A stretch of DNA of 64,000 nt from Prochlorococcus sp. AG-388-E21. GTDB lineage: Bacteria > Cyanobacteriota > Cyanobacteriia > PCC-6307 > Cyanobiaceae. The notes beneath the pieces were generated by a model. It was not told the origin of the DNA and did no database searches. It was given only the letters and a program-made list of their open reading frames with translations. Position numbers and translations under genes: made by a program. Of this stretch, positions 1 to 11,354 are shown in pieces; position 1 is the first letter of the stretch, and every line of letters begins with the position of its first letter. The stretch is taken from assembly GCA_003279855.1 (NCBI GenBank), contig QCGO01000005.1:31190-95189 (forward strand), given 5' to 3'.

Positions 1-632
1 CTACGGAAGATCTATTAGCATCATTAGGATTTGGGGGTTTAACTTTACATCAAGTATTGAATAGATTAAGAGAAGAAATTAAAATACAAACAGAAGAAAT
101 TAAAAATGAATCTAATGCTGAATTAGCAAAATCTCTTATAAATAAAAATAATTCAATAGCATCAAAATCCAATGCAACTAATAAATCACCAATTACTGGG
201 GTCGAAGGCCTAGATTACAGAATCGGAAAATGCTGCAGTCCACTTCCTGGGGAGGAAATAATTGGAACTGTCTCTCTAGGTAATCACGGTATCACTATTC
301 ATAGAAGAGATTGTGAGAACGTTCTCCCAATACCAATAGAGAGAAGATTACCTGTTGCATGGAGCCAAGAGAATACAGTTCTTGATAATAAGTTCCCAAT
401 TCAACTAAGAATAGAGGTTATAGATAGAGTAGGGGTCCTAAAAGATATACTTATGAGATTATCTGATAAAGGAATAAATGTTAGTGATGCAAATGTAAAG
501 ACCGCTTTTGGTAAACCCGCAATAATTAATTTATGTGTTGGTTTGGAAAGTTTTAGCCAACTCCACAAAACTATTGATCAAATTAAATCAATGGCTGATG
601 TATTAGATATTGCAAGGGTAGGAATAAGTTAA
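1..632 (+). CDS. spoT: RelA/SpoT (p)ppGpp synthetase/hydrolase, C-terminal part (5' end outside window)
   Basis: Frame is open from position 3 (TEDLLASLGFGGLTLHQV...). Zinc-finger-like CCSPLPGEEIIG...IHRRDC and a C-terminal ACT domain (IEVIDRVGVLKDI). Confidence 0.93.
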   Translation, partial: TEDLLASLGFGGLTLHQVLNRLREEIKIQTEEIKNESNAELAKSLINKNNSIASKSNATNKSPITGVEGLDYRIGKCCSPLPGEEIIGTVSLGNHGITIHRRDCENVLPIPIERRLPVAWSQENTVLDNKFPIQLRIEVIDRVGVLKDILMRLSDKGINVSDANVKTAFGKPAIINLCVGLESFSQLHKTIDQIKSMADVLDIARVGIS

Positions 633-650
633 TTACAACTTAAAAGAATT

Positions 651-1103
651 TTAAAATACTCTTTTTTTTATTTTTCTTTTATATAGAAAAAAAACAATAC
701 TTCCAGAAATAGAAGCTAATAAAGACCCAACAAATGCTGAACCCACAATTAATCTTAGTGAAAAAACACTCCCTTGTTCCCATAATTCTTTAATCATTAA
801 ATTTTTATCAAAAACAATATCTGTAGAATTTTGTAGCAAGAAAGAACCAACTTTATAATTGAAAAAATATAGAGGTATATAAGTAAACGGATTACTTATC
901 CATGTACCAAATGCAGCAAGAAAAAGATTTCCTTTCATAACTCTTGCTAAAAATAATCCTAATAAAGTTTGAAAACCGAAGAAAGGAAAGCATCCGCAAA
1001 AGACCCCAACGGCTAATCCCTTTGCATTAAAAAATGGAGCACCATCTTGTTTCAAAAATAATGATAGAATTTTTTTATATTGAAGATTCTTTATAAGCTT
1101 CAT
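651..1103 (-). CDS. DUF2062 family membrane protein
   Basis: Hydrophobic; GLAVGVFCGCFPFFGFQT and GTWISNPFTYIPLY motifs typical of DUF2062. Confidence 0.8.
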   Translation of the reverse strand: MKLIKNLQYKKILSLFLKQDGAPFFNAKGLAVGVFCGCFPFFGFQTLLGLFLARVMKGNLFLAAFGTWISNPFTYIPLYFFNYKVGSFLLQNSTDIVFDKNLMIKELWEQGSVFSLRLIVGSAFVGSLLASISGSIVFFLYKRKIKKRVF

Positions 1104-1169
1104 TCTGAAATCAAAATCAAGAAGGTTTTCTTTGATAAGCCTACTTAATTATCCACAGCATAGTGAGAG

Positions 1170-2552
1170 ATGGAATCAATTATCGATACTGAGGATACAA
1201 TAGCAGCTATAGCTTCGGCTATAAGTCTAGGTAAAGGAGGAATTGCAGTTATAAGAGTATCAGGGGTAGAAGCAATAAATTCCTGTAAAAATATTGTAGA
1301 AACAAAATCTAAATATGCTTGGGAGTCTCATAGAGTTTTTCATGGCTTTATAAAAGATAATTTAGAAAATAAATTTATTGATGAAATTTTAATTACAGTT
1401 ATGCATTCTCCTAATAGTTTCACTGGAGAAGATATTGTTGAATTGCACTGTCATGGAGGAGTAATTGTTGTTAATAAAGTGATGGAGACATTGTTATCAA
1501 ATAATCCTGGAGTAAGGATTGCAAATCCAGGAGAATTTAGTCAAAGAGCATTTCTTAATGGCAAAATAGATTTAACTCAAGCAGAATCAATTAATCAATT
1601 GATTAATGCAAAAAATCTTAAATCAGCAGAAATAGCTTTTAATGGAATAAAGGGAGAAATTAAGAAAAAGATTGATATTATTAAAAATGATTTAATCGAG
1701 CAATTATCAGAAATAGAAGCAAGAGTAGACTTTGAAGAGGATTTTTCAGAGTTTAATTATCATGATTTTTCGAGAAATATTAGGATCATAAAAGAAAAAA
1801 TAATAATCCTTATAGAAAATTCAAAAAGGGGGGCGCATATTCATAATGGAATATCAATTGCTCTTATTGGCAAAACTAATGTTGGGAAAAGTTCTCTTTT
1901 AAATCTTCTCTCAAAAAAAGAAAAAGCAATAGTTACTAGTATTCCAGGAACAACTAGAGACATAATTGAAGTGAATTTGACTATAAAAGATATACCAATA
2001 AAAATAATAGATACCGCTGGTATTAGAGAAACAGATGAATATATAGAAAATATTGGAATTAAAAAAAGCTTTGAAATGATTCAAAACTCAGACTATATAA
2101 TCTATTTATATAGTCTTGAAGAAGGATTAAATAAGGATGATGAGAAAATTATAAGCAAAATTCCACAAGAAAAATTAATTACAATCTTGGGGAATAAAAA
2201 AGATTTAATTGATTCAAAAAAAGTAAATAAAAAAAATTTATCGAACTCTATTTTAATGAGTATTAAAAATGATGAAGGCGAAAAAGAACTAGTCGAAAAG
2301 ATAGTTAAAAAATGTGGATCAAAAGAATTTGAAAATATAGATATTTTTTTAAATGAAAGACAAATATCAAACCTAACTGATTGCCTAAAAAATTTAAATG
2401 ACACTGATCCAATAATTGCTAATCAATTACCCTTCGATTTATTATCAATTGAAGTTAGAGATGGAATAAAAAACTTATCGAGAATTACAGGTCAAGAATT
2501 AACTGAAGATCTACTTAATAATATTTTTTCCAAATTTTGTATAGGTAAATAA
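1170..2552 (+). CDS. mnmE: tRNA modification GTPase MnmE/TrmE
   Basis: [19 protein letters not shown]1 [19 protein letters not shown]-terminal FCIGK. Confidence 0.97.
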   Translation: MESIIDTEDTIAAIASAISLGKGGIAVIRVSGVEAINSCKNIVETKSKYAWESHRVFHGFIKDNLENKFIDEILITVMHSPNSFTGEDIVELHCHGGVIVVNKVMETLLSNNPGVRIANPGEFSQRAFLNGKIDLTQAESINQLINAKNLKSAEIAFNGIKGEIKKKIDIIKNDLIEQLSEIEARVDFEEDFSEFNYHDFSRNIRIIKEKIIILIENSKRGAHIHNGISIALIGKTNVGKSSLLNLLSKKEKAIVTSIPGTTRDIIEVNLTIKDIPIKIIDTAGIRETDEYIENIGIKKSFEMIQNSDYIIYLYSLEEGLNKDDEKIISKIPQEKLITILGNKKDLIDSKKVNKKNLSNSILMSIKNDEGEKELVEKIVKKCGSKEFENIDIFLNERQISNLTDCLKNLNDTDPIIANQLPFDLLSIEVRDGIKNLSRITGQELTEDLLNNIFSKFCIGK

Positions 2553-2628
2553 ATTTTTATTACAATACATAATTATATAAAGTAAACTTTAAAAGTTAAA
2601 ATAAAAAACTTTTATCTTATTCAATATA

Positions 2629-3495
2629 GTGGATTTATATTCTCCAAATATTTCTAGAATTATTGATGATTGGATTGAAGAAGATATTGGTAAAGGTGAT
2701 CTAACATCTTCTGCGATTACCAAAAAGATAGGAAAAGCCCATTGGATAGCAAAAGAGGAAGGAATATTTTGTGGTGTTGGAATAATAAAAGAAATTTTTA
2801 AAAAAATTGACGAAAAGATAGAGTGCAATTTTTTTATTAATGATGGTGAAAAATTTTTGAAGGATCAAAAGCTTGTTGAACTAAATGGCCCTTCAAGAAG
2901 TCTCTTGGCAAGTGAAAGAATAAGTCTCAATATATCAATGCATTTATCGGGAATCTCAACTTATACAAAAAATATTGTAGATATTCTGAAAGGTACAAAT
3001 ATAGATTTAGCAGATACAAGAAAAACTACTCCTGGTTTAAGAATCTTTGAAAAGTATGCTTTTAAATGTGGGGGTGGAATTAATCATAGAATGGGATTAT
3101 ATGATGCTGCAATGATTAAAGAAAACCATATTGCATGGACTGATAACTTGAAAAATGCAGTTGAAAAAATTAGATTAAATACCCCCTTTACAACTCATAT
3201 TATTATTGAAGCAGAAGATATGAAGCAAGCAAAAGATGCAGTTTTAGCAGGCGCAGATAGTATTTTGTTAGATGAATTTAATCCTGAATTACTTAAAAAA
3301 GGCATTAAAGAATTAAGAGAGTTATCAACAAATAACTCTAATAGAACAACTAGGAATGATTTAATAATAGAGGTATCTGGAATTAATCCAATAAACATTC
3401 GTAACTATTTAATTGATGGAATTGATTTGATTTCAACAAGTTCTTCAATTACTAAAAGTAATTGGATTGATTTTAGTATGCGTTATATTAATTAA
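2629..3495 (+). CDS. nadC: Nicotinate-nucleotide pyrophosphorylase (quinolinate phosphoribosyltransferase)
   Basis: EDIGKGDLT, DTRKTTPGLR, NHRMGLYDAAMIKENH; GTG start. Confidence 0.95.
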   Translation: MDLYSPNISRIIDDWIEEDIGKGDLTSSAITKKIGKAHWIAKEEGIFCGVGIIKEIFKKIDEKIECNFFINDGEKFLKDQKLVELNGPSRSLLASERISLNISMHLSGISTYTKNIVDILKGTNIDLADTRKTTPGLRIFEKYAFKCGGGINHRMGLYDAAMIKENHIAWTDNLKNAVEKIRLNTPFTTHIIIEAEDMKQAKDAVLAGADSILLDEFNPELLKKGIKELRELSTNNSNRTTRNDLIIEVSGINPINIRNYLIDGIDLISTSSSITKSNWIDFSMRYIN

Positions 3496-3522
3496 ATGAC
3501 TCGAATAGCTTTTTAATAATTC

Positions 3523-5334
3523 ATGCAGGCAATTTTTAAAGAATTAACTAAAAGCTTTGAAGAAACCCTTCTAGAAAGTCTTATAAAAAATGAAAAGAAA
3601 GAAGAATTTGAAAAAATTCGTAAAAATCTAATTAATCAAGCATCTAAAGAGGAGTTTGGTGATTATCAATGTAATATATGTCTGGTTTTATCTAAGATTT
3701 ATAAAAGTAACCCTAGAGAAATTGCTATTGCATTTATTGAGACCCTCAAAGAAAATAAAAAGATATCTAATTTGTGTGAAAATTTAGAAATTGCGGGACC
3801 AGGTTTTATAAATATAAAATTAAAAAATAAAGTTTTGATTGAAGAAATAAAATATAATATCAAATGCCCTAGAGCTGGTGTTCCTTTATCCCATAAAAAT
3901 AATAGTCATTCCCAAAAAAAAGTTATCGTAGATTTTTCAAGTCCTAATATTGCTAAAGAAATGCATGTAGGTCATCTAAGATCAACGATTATAGGAGATT
4001 CGATCGCAAAAATTTTCGAATTTAGAGGATATATCGTTTTAAGACTAAATCATATTGGAGATTGGGGTACACAATTTGGAATGCTTATTACTCAGCTTAA
4101 AGATTTATATTCAAGTGATCTTAAAGAAATAGATAGGATCAAAATTAGTGATTTAGTTGAATTCTATAAAGCTTCAAAAAAAAGATTTGATAATGAAAAA
4201 GAATTTCAAAAGAGATCAAGAGAAGAGGTAGTTCAATTACAAAGTGGAGATGAAAAATCAATTGAAGCATGGAAATTATTATGTAATCAATCAAGAAAAG
4301 AGTTTGATCACATCTATAAAACATTGAACATAAAAATTAAGGAAAGAGGAGAATCCTTTTATAATCCGTTTTTAAAATCAATAATTGAGGATTTAAATTA
4401 CAAGAGAATTTTAGTAGAAGATCAAGGCGCAAAATGTGTTTTTCTTGATGGGATGACTAATAAAGAAGGTAATCCATTACCACTAATTATTCAAAAAAAA
4501 GACGGTGGGTTCAATTATGCAACTACTGATCTTGCTGCTCTAAGATATCGATTTAATAAGGAACCTTATGGAGATAATGCAGCTAGAATTATTTATGTAA
4601 CAGATCATGGTCAATCCAATCATTTTGCAGGAGTTTTTCAAGTTGCAAAAAGAGCTAATTGGATCCCTAAAGATTGTGAGGTGAATCACGTCCCATTCGG
4701 GCTAGTTCAAGGTATTGATGGTAAAAAACTTAAAACAAGAGAAGGAGATACCATAAAACTAAAAGATTTATTATCAGAGTCAATTAAAAGAGCAAAAGAA
4801 GATCTATTAAAAAGATTAGAGAACGAAAGTCGTTTTGAAAATGATGATTTTATTTTAAATACTTCAAAAGTTATTGGAATCGGAGCAGTAAAATATGCCG
4901 ATTTAAGCCAAAATAGAATCACAAATTATCAATTTAGTTTTGAAAAGATGCTTTCTCTTAATGGAAATACGGCGCCTTATCTTTTGTATACACTTGTAAG
5001 AATTTCAGGAATTAATAGAAAAAATAATATGACTGAAGAGGCTATAAACTTGGAATCTATTTCATATAGCCATGATTTAGAGTGGAAGCTTATAAGGAAA
5101 TTACTTAAATTTGATGAAGTTATTATTTCGATAGAAAAAGACTTAATGCCAAATAGATTATGTAATTATCTGTTTGAATTATGTAAGACTTTTAATAGAT
5201 TTTATGATCAAGTTCCTATTCTTAAGGGAGAGATGGATACAAAGATTTCAAGACTCTCATTATGTGCTTTAACTGAAAAGACTTTAAAATTAAGTTTAGA
5301 GCTTCTTGGAATTGAAACCTTAGAGAGAATGTAA
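3523..5334 (+). CDS. argS: Arginine--tRNA ligase
   Basis: [26 protein letters not shown] (HIGH-like), GNTAPYLLY, terminal ERM. Confidence 0.97.
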   Translation: MQAIFKELTKSFEETLLESLIKNEKKEEFEKIRKNLINQASKEEFGDYQCNICLVLSKIYKSNPREIAIAFIETLKENKKISNLCENLEIAGPGFINIKLKNKVLIEEIKYNIKCPRAGVPLSHKNNSHSQKKVIVDFSSPNIAKEMHVGHLRSTIIGDSIAKIFEFRGYIVLRLNHIGDWGTQFGMLITQLKDLYSSDLKEIDRIKISDLVEFYKASKKRFDNEKEFQKRSREEVVQLQSGDEKSIEAWKLLCNQSRKEFDHIYKTLNIKIKERGESFYNPFLKSIIEDLNYKRILVEDQGAKCVFLDGMTNKEGNPLPLIIQKKDGGFNYATTDLAALRYRFNKEPYGDNAARIIYVTDHGQSNHFAGVFQVAKRANWIPKDCEVNHVPFGLVQGIDGKKLKTREGDTIKLKDLLSESIKRAKEDLLKRLENESRFENDDFILNTSKVIGIGAVKYADLSQNRITNYQFSFEKMLSLNGNTAPYLLYTLVRISGINRKNNMTEEAINLESISYSHDLEWKLIRKLLKFDEVIISIEKDLMPNRLCNYLFELCKTFNRFYDQVPILKGEMDTKISRLSLCALTEKTLKLSLELLGIETLERM

Positions 5335-6443
5335 TGAATGATTTTGATCAAATAAATAATCTTTCACCTCTCCCAAGAAAGGAAATAATAAATATGCAAT
5401 CTTATTCTGCACCTTTAGAAAACAGAAGAAATTTATTGCGTTTAGATTTTAATGAAAATACTTTAGGTCCCAGTCAAAAAGTATATGAAGCTATCAAAGA
5501 TATTAATTTAAATCAAATTTCAATCTATCCAGAATATAACTTATTAAAAAAATTTGTATCGAATCACTATTATGAATCAAGGCAATTTGACTCTGAAGAG
5601 ATAGGTTTGTTTAACGGAGCTGATGCTGCAATAAATGCGATATTTAATTCTTTTGGCGAAAGAGATGAAATATTCCTGACCACAAACCCTACTTTTGGTT
5701 ATTATTCTCCTTGTTCTGAAATACAAGGTATGAGAAAAATAACTTGTGCCTACGAAGGAGAAAACTTTCTTTTCCCAATAAAGAGATTTAAAGAAAAAAT
5801 TATTAAACATAAACCTAAATTAATATTTATTTGTAATCCAAATAATCCTACTGGTACTGTTTTAAGTGCTCAAGAAATAATTAAATTAGCAAATCTCAAT
5901 AAAAATTCATTAATTGTGGTTGATGAACTTTATGAGAAATTTAACGGAGATAGTCTTCTTCCAGTAATAGATTTTAAAAAAATCAAAAATATAGTTATTA
6001 TTCAATCCCTTTCAAAGACTGCTGGATTAGCTGGTTTAAGAATTGGCTTTGCGTTTGGACATAAAAGCATAATGCAATATATCAATAAAGTAACAGGACC
6101 TTACGATGTGAATAGTTTTGCTGTTACTGCTGCATTAGCTGCGCTAAATGATAAATCTTATATAGATAATTATGTTTCTGAAGTAAAAAAAGCGAGAATA
6201 TTAATTAAGAAGAAATTTGAATCTGTAGCAATTAGGAAACATTTTGGTGGAGGAAATTATTTTTTAATTTGGCCAAAAAAAAATCCCGGAATTTTGACAA
6301 GACAAATGAGAGAAAAGGGTATCTTAATAAGAGAGATGAAAAACAAAAAAGATATTGAAAATTCTATAAGGGTTAGTATAGGAACCCAAGAACAAATGAG
6401 TCTTTTCTGGAGTACTTATAAAAAATTAGATCTTAATAATTAA
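5334..6443 (+). CDS. hisC: Class I/II PLP aminotransferase, HisC/CobD-like (probably histidinol-phosphate aminotransferase)
   Basis: LDFNEN, CNPNNPTG, VDELY, SLSKTAGLAGLRIG (PLP lysine); TAATG overlap with argS. HisC vs CobD not resolvable from motifs alone. Confidence 0.7.
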   Translation: MNDFDQINNLSPLPRKEIINMQSYSAPLENRRNLLRLDFNENTLGPSQKVYEAIKDINLNQISIYPEYNLLKKFVSNHYYESRQFDSEEIGLFNGADAAINAIFNSFGERDEIFLTTNPTFGYYSPCSEIQGMRKITCAYEGENFLFPIKRFKEKIIKHKPKLIFICNPNNPTGTVLSAQEIIKLANLNKNSLIVVDELYEKFNGDSLLPVIDFKKIKNIVIIQSLSKTAGLAGLRIGFAFGHKSIMQYINKVTGPYDVNSFAVTAALAALNDKSYIDNYVSEVKKARILIKKKFESVAIRKHFGGGNYFLIWPKKNPGILTRQMREKGILIREMKNKKDIENSIRVSIGTQEQMSLFWSTYKKLDLNN

Positions 6444-7168
6444 TTTTTGAAAATATAAATAGTATTTTTATCAATTCTTTTTGAATTTATTTCAAAGCTT
6501 TTACCAAGATATTTGACTCTAAAATCTTGCATATTTTCAAGAAAAAAGTCAGCATTAGAAAAATCACAATTATCACTAATGTTTTTACCTCTCATAAAAT
6601 GAACAGGAACAACAATTGAGGGTTTTAATGTTTTTACTATATCTGAGGCCTCTCTTCCGTTATAAGATTTAAATCCTCCTCCTATTGAAATAAATAAAAT
6701 ATCTGGACTGGACAAAATAATTTGACTATTTATATCCATTTCACCAGCAGCTCCACCCATATGGACTATTTTTAAATTATTCTGTTCCCAACTCCAGACT
6801 GTAGCCATCCCCAACCTTCTCCCCCCAACTCTGTCATGTGGAACCTCAATTCCATTTAATAATATATCTTCGAATTTATAAACTCCAGGATCTACAAACA
6901 TCAATTGATCATTTGGATTATATCCTTCATCAGCTAGTTTTGAACTAGCTAAAATAAAATCAGCATTTATGCCTTTTGGCTCATTTAAATCACTTGCACA
7001 ACCAATAGCCTTAAAAGGATTTATAAGAACTGATTTTTCTCTTCCTTTAATTAAAAAACTACCATGACCTAAACTTTTTAATACCAAATCACCTGCCATA
7101 GCGGATGAGGGTATTAAAAATAAAAATAAAATAAAAAGGAAAACTTTTTTAATTTTGATAATACTCAT
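6440..7168 (-). CDS. Metallo-beta-lactamase-fold protein with N-terminal signal peptide and degenerate metal-binding motif
   Basis: LGHGSFLI..VLINPF, IVHMGG, PDILFISIGG, VVPVH match the UPF0173-like MBL fold; HxHxDH is replaced by SSKLADE. Confidence 0.7.
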   Translation of the reverse strand: MSIIKIKKVFLFILFLFLIPSSAMAGDLVLKSLGHGSFLIKGREKSVLINPFKAIGCASDLNEPKGINADFILASSKLADEGYNPNDQLMFVDPGVYKFEDILLNGIEVPHDRVGGRRLGMATVWSWEQNNLKIVHMGGAAGEMDINSQIILSSPDILFISIGGGFKSYNGREASDIVKTLKPSIVVPVHFMRGKNISDNCDFSNADFFLENMQDFRVKYLGKSFEINSKRIDKNTIYIFKN

Positions 7169-7189
7169 AGAAAATTTTATAATTATATT

Positions 7190-7786
7190 TTACTTCTGTT
7201 CAGCCATATTTAGAAAATTACTGATTAATTTATGTCCAAATTGTGTTAGAACACTTTCTGGATGAAACTGAACACCATGTAAATTTTTATATTCTTTATG
7301 AGAAATTGCCATAATTGTTGAATCCTCTAGAGTTGCAGTTATTTCAAAACAAGAGGGTAGAGATTCTGAATCCACTATAAGACTATGATATCTAGTAGCC
7401 AAAAATGGGCTATCAATATCCTTGAATAATCCTTTTTTATTATGAATAATTTTTGAGGTCTTTCCATGCATTAATTCTTTACCAACTATTACTTTTCCGC
7501 CATAGGCTTGAGCTAAGGCTTGATGACCTAAACAGACTCCTAATATTGGAATTTGATTTGATAAATTTTGGAGAATTGGCAGACAAATACCTGACTGATC
7601 TGGATTACCTGGACCAGGAGACAATAAAATACCATCGGGATTAATATGACTTATTTCTTCTAAAGTAATTTCATCATTTCTTTTTACTAATAATTCTTTT
7701 GTTATATGATGTTCAACTGAAAGCTCTCCTAAGTATTGAACTAGGTTATATGTAAAACTATCATAATTATCAATAACTAGAAACAT
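7190..7786 (-). CDS. pabA: Aminodeoxychorismate/anthranilate synthase glutamine amidotransferase component II
   Basis: IDNYDSFTYNL, SPGPGNP, GVCLGHQ, QFHPES. trpG vs pabA role is ambiguous. Confidence 0.88.
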   Translation of the reverse strand: MFLVIDNYDSFTYNLVQYLGELSVEHHITKELLVKRNDEITLEEISHINPDGILLSPGPGNPDQSGICLPILQNLSNQIPILGVCLGHQALAQAYGGKVIVGKELMHGKTSKIIHNKKGLFKDIDSPFLATRYHSLIVDSESLPSCFEITATLEDSTIMAISHKEYKNLHGVQFHPESVLTQFGHKLISNFLNMAEQK

Positions 7787-7793
7787 ATCTTTT

Positions 7794-8210
7794 TCAATTT
7801 AAAAATAATAACTTTATTTTAGGAATAAATAAGCATAGACCAATAATAACAGAATTAATTGAAGCTAATAATACAGCACCTGCTGAACAGTCCTTTGCAA
7901 TTTTAGCAAGATTACTAAACTTTTTTTTAATCACTAGATCAACTAAAGATTCGATTGATGTATTTATTATTTCTAAAGTCAATACAGAAAAAATAGTCAC
8001 CAGCATAATCAAATAATCACTTTTATCAAGTTGAAGAATAGAACCTATGATTAAACTAAAAAGAGCAAAAAGAACTTGAATTTTAAAATTTCTTGAATTT
8101 TTAAATGTATATTTAATCCCATTAAAAGCATATATAAAACTTATAAAAACATTTTTAGATGTCCTATATGACCTTCTTCTACTTTTTAGAAGTTTTGCTT
8201 TACTCTTCAT
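7794..8210 (-). CDS. dgkA: Diacylglycerol/undecaprenol kinase family protein
   Basis: SFIYAFNGI, EIINTSIESLVD, AKIAKDCSAGAVL; three hydrophobic segments. Confidence 0.88.
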   Translation of the reverse strand: MKSKAKLLKSRRRSYRTSKNVFISFIYAFNGIKYTFKNSRNFKIQVLFALFSLIIGSILQLDKSDYLIMLVTIFSVLTLEIINTSIESLVDLVIKKKFSNLAKIAKDCSAGAVLLASINSVIIGLCLFIPKIKLLFLN

Positions 8211-8233
8211 TTATAGTTGATTAATAAAATCTT

Positions 8234-8776
8234 TCAATCTAATTTTGAAATTAAATATTCTTGAAAATTTAACATATTATCTAATTCATAATCATCATTA
8301 TGTTCCCATCCCAAAAGATGTAATAATCCATGACTTGCTAACCAGAGCATTTCTTTTTTAATAGAATGATTAAATTCTAAGGATTGTTTAAAAGCCGTTT
8401 CTAAGGATATAAATAAATCTCCTAATTCAATAAAATTTAAATCTTCAGTAATATCTTCATCACAAATAATTGGGAAAGATAAAACATCAGTTGACCCAGA
8501 TTTATTCATCCACTTTTGATTAATAGAAGAAATTTCATTATCATTAATAATCTGCAAACTTAACGAAAAACTTTTTTTGTCTAAAATAAAATTTGAAAAA
8601 GGAGTAACTTTTTCATCTAGAATTATTTTAATCCAACATAATAATACGTCTTCCCAAAAACCAGATTCGAAAATAAGATTATCTGGCTTATTTAGAAAAT
8701 GATCTGATAAATTAGAAAAATTATTACATTTAAAGACTAAATCTATTTGTAAGTCATATAGATCTTTTTTATACAT
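8234..8776 (-). CDS. ybeY: rRNA maturation endoribonuclease YbeY
   Basis: TDVLSFP, LGDLFIS, HGLLHLLGWEH metal motif. Confidence 0.92.
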   Translation of the reverse strand: MYKKDLYDLQIDLVFKCNNFSNLSDHFLNKPDNLIFESGFWEDVLLCWIKIILDEKVTPFSNFILDKKSFSLSLQIINDNEISSINQKWMNKSGSTDVLSFPIICDEDITEDLNFIELGDLFISLETAFKQSLEFNHSIKKEMLWLASHGLLHLLGWEHNDDYELDNMLNFQEYLISKLD

Positions 8777-8783
8777 ACTTTCA

Positions 8784-8966
8784 TTAAACAGGCATATTAG
8801 GCTTTCCTAAAGTAGCTATTAAAATTAAAAGTCCGATCAAAATTAAAAAAGTAATTGAAAAATGAGAAATACTTTTAGAACCCTTCCTTACCATATTTCT
8901 CATAGCTAGTTTTATAAAGCTAGGAGGAGAAACTTTTTTTTCTAAATTTTCGTTTTTATTTGCCAT
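8784..8966 (-). CDS. Small cyanobacterial membrane protein (DUF3285-like)
   Basis: PSFIKLAMRNMVRKG followed by one TM helix; sits between prfB and ybeY. Confidence 0.7.
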   Translation of the reverse strand: MANKNENLEKKVSPPSFIKLAMRNMVRKGSKSISHFSITFLILIGLLILIATLGKPNMPV

Positions 8967-8970
8967 AAAT

Positions 8971-10093
8971 TTATTGAATAGACTCTTTAGAAGAAATATT
9001 CATACGCAATAATTCATGAATAAATTGATCTAATCCACCATTAAGAACTGCATCTAAATCATTAGTCTCTTTCATTGTTCTTAAATCTTTGACCATTTGA
9101 TAGGGATGAAAAACATAATTTCTAATTTGATTACCCCATGCAGCTTCAACAATATCACCTTTAATATCCGATATTTCAGAAGCTCTTTGTTCTTTAGCTA
9201 TTACTAATAATTTAGCTTTAAGCAATAACATTGCTTTCTCCTTATTTTGTAACTGAGATCTCTCTTGAGTACATCTTACAGCGATTCCTGAAGGCAAATG
9301 TACAATCCTTACTGCTGTTTCTACTTTATTAACGTTTTGCCCTCCAGCTCCACCTGATCTACTAGTTGTAATTTCTAAATCTTTATCAGGAATCTCTAAT
9401 GAAATACTTTGATCTAATTTAGGCATGACCTCAACTCCAGCGAAACTAGTTTGTCTTTTACCATTTGCATTAAACGGTGAAATTCTTACTAATCTATGAG
9501 TACCTTTTTCATTTTGAAGATAACCATAAGCATATTTACCATTAACTTCAAAAGTAACGCTTTTAATACCTGCTTCTTCTCCATCAGATAAATCAGTAAT
9601 TTCTAAGCTCATTCCATTATTATCTACCCATCTTGAATACATTCTTAATAGAATTTCCACCCAATCTTGTGCATCAGTGCCACCTGCACCAGCATTAATA
9701 GAGACTATAGCAGATTCTTTATCATATTCACCACATAATAATCTTTGGAATTCCCACTTATCTAAATTCTCTCTTAAAGTTACTAACCCTTGATGTGACT
9801 CAACAATCATTTCTTCTTCAGGCTCTAAGGAATAAAGCTCAAGAGAAGCTTCAGCATCAGAAATGAACATTTTCCATTTATCTAACAATTGAAGTTGATC
9901 TCTAACATCATCAAGGTTGAGCATATGTTTTTTTGCATCTGCCTGATTACCCCAGAATTCTGGTTGAGCAGCAATTTGCTCTAACTCTTTTCTCTTTGCT
10001 AATAAATTAGGGACGTCAAAGACAATCCTGAGCATTACCCAGGCGCTTGGTTAACTCTGAAAGATCTTTTTTAAATTCTGTTATATCTATCAA
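8971..10093 (-). CDS. prfB: Peptide chain release factor 2, translated through a programmed +1 frameshift
   Basis: GGQ motif ([11 protein letters not shown]) and SPF tripeptide. Frame 0 starts at TTG 10093 ([25 protein letters not shown]), ends at CTT TGA, and continues in +1 as DVPNLLAKR. The ORF-track start at 10035 is wrong. Confidence 0.96.
10015..10030 (-). promoter_or_regulatory. prfB +1 ribosomal frameshift site CTT-TGA-C with upstream SD-like AGGA
   Basis: Minus strand reads CAGGAT TGT CTT TGA C (CTTTGAC = 10021..10015), matching the canonical RF2 shift site. Confidence 0.93.
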
Positions 10094-10169
10094 AATAGAA
10101 TTTAATTGTTATTTATAATCTAACAAGCACTTTTATTTAATAGTATAAAGTAAATAATATTTTAAAAAA

Positions 10170-10424
10170 ATGTCTAAAGTTGAAATTTATACTTGGCGAT
10201 TTTGCCCATTCTGCATACGGGCGAAATCTTTACTTGAAAAAAAAAATATAACTTTTACTGAACATAAAATAGATGGCGATGATAATGCAAGGGAACTAAT
10301 GATTGAGAGAGCTAATGGTAAAAGAACAGTTCCTCAAATTTTCATTGATGACAAAAGTATTGGTGGTTGTGACGAACTTTATGAATTAGAAAAAGAGGAC
10401 AAACTGGACTTATTACTGAATTAG
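10170..10424 (+). CDS. grxC: Glutaredoxin 3
   Basis: CPFC active site, TVPQIFI, GGCDEL. Confidence 0.92.
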   Translation: MSKVEIYTWRFCPFCIRAKSLLEKKNITFTEHKIDGDDNARELMIERANGKRTVPQIFIDDKSIGGCDELYELEKEDKLDLLLN

Positions 10425-10430
10425 ATAATT

Positions 10431-11354
10431 ATGAAATTTCTATTTGTAGTAGACCCAATAAAAAATATAAATCCATTAAAAGATTCATCTGCAGCATTAA
10501 TGCAAGCTTGTTCTAAGAAAAAGATAGAAGTATGGACTTGTACTCCTCAAGATCTAGAGGCAAGGGGAGATGAAGTATGGGCATCTTCTTGGAGAGCTGA
10601 AGTTTTTCCATGGGTCTCTTTTAAAGAAAATAAATGTATTCCTCTTGCTGAATTTAATTGTATTTGGATGAGAAAAGATCCCCCAGTAAATGAGGGATAT
10701 TTATATGCAACTCATCTTTTGGAAGTAGCCGAAAGAAAAGGAGTAAAAGTTATAAATAAGCCTTCCTCATTACGTGCTTGGAACGAAAAATTAGGCGCAT
10801 TGAGATACAGCCATTTGATGGCTCCAACAATAGTTGCAAGTAAAGTAAAAGATCTTATTAATTTTGCACAAATTAATCATGATGTTGTTGTTAAACCACT
10901 TGGCGGAAAAGGAGGACAAGGCGTTATTCGTCTAACTAAGGATTCTCCAGGTATTAAAGCAATGATTGAATTAATAACATCGCAAGAAGAATTACCAGTA
11001 ATGATGCAAAAATTCATTCCCGAAGTAAAAGAAGGGGATAAAAGAATAATTATTGTTAACGGAGAGCCAATTGGATCAATTAATAGAATCCCTCAAGGGG
11101 GGGACTTTAGGAGTAATTTAGCTATGGGAGGGAAAGCAGAAAAAACAAACCTAACAGCTAAAGAAAAAAAAATTTGTACCGAGTTATCTCAACATTTCAA
11201 AGATGAGGGTTTATTCTTTGTTGGTATAGATGTAATAAATGGAATGCTTAGCGAAATTAATGTAACAAGTCCAACAGGATTAAGAGAGATAGAAACTTTA
11301 TCTAACAAAAGCGTTTCAAATCAAGTAATTGAAAAATTATTAGAAATTATTTAG
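10431..11354 (+). CDS. gshB: Glutathione synthetase
   Basis: [37 protein letters not shown]. Confidence 0.95.
   Translation: MKFLFVVDPIKNINPLKDSSAALMQACSKKKIEVWTCTPQDLEARGDEVWASSWRAEVFPWVSFKENKCIPLAEFNCIWMRKDPPVNEGYLYATHLLEVAERKGVKVINKPSSLRAWNEKLGALRYSHLMAPTIVASKVKDLINFAQINHDVVVKPLGGKGGQGVIRLTKDSPGIKAMIELITSQEELPVMMQKFIPEVKEGDKRIIIVNGEPIGSINRIPQGGDFRSNLAMGGKAEKTNLTAKEKKICTELSQHFKDEGLFFVGIDVINGMLSEINVTSPTGLREIETLSNKSVSNQVIEKLLEII

Noticed and set aside
2102-5810. Minus-strand ORFs 2102-2404, 2589-2828, 3195-3398, 4707-4922 and 5577-5810
   Set aside because: Lie opposite mnmE, nadC, argS and hisC; F/S/I/L-rich composition typical of antisense shadows.
9999-10035. ORF-track start MLRIVF for prfB
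   Set aside because: Artefact of the +1 frame; the real N-terminus is in frame 0 from TTG 10093.
10237-10246. Poly-A/T homopolymer tracts in CDSs (e.g. A10 in grxC)
   Set aside because: Expected from Lys/Asn/Phe codons in an AT-rich genome; all frames are intact.
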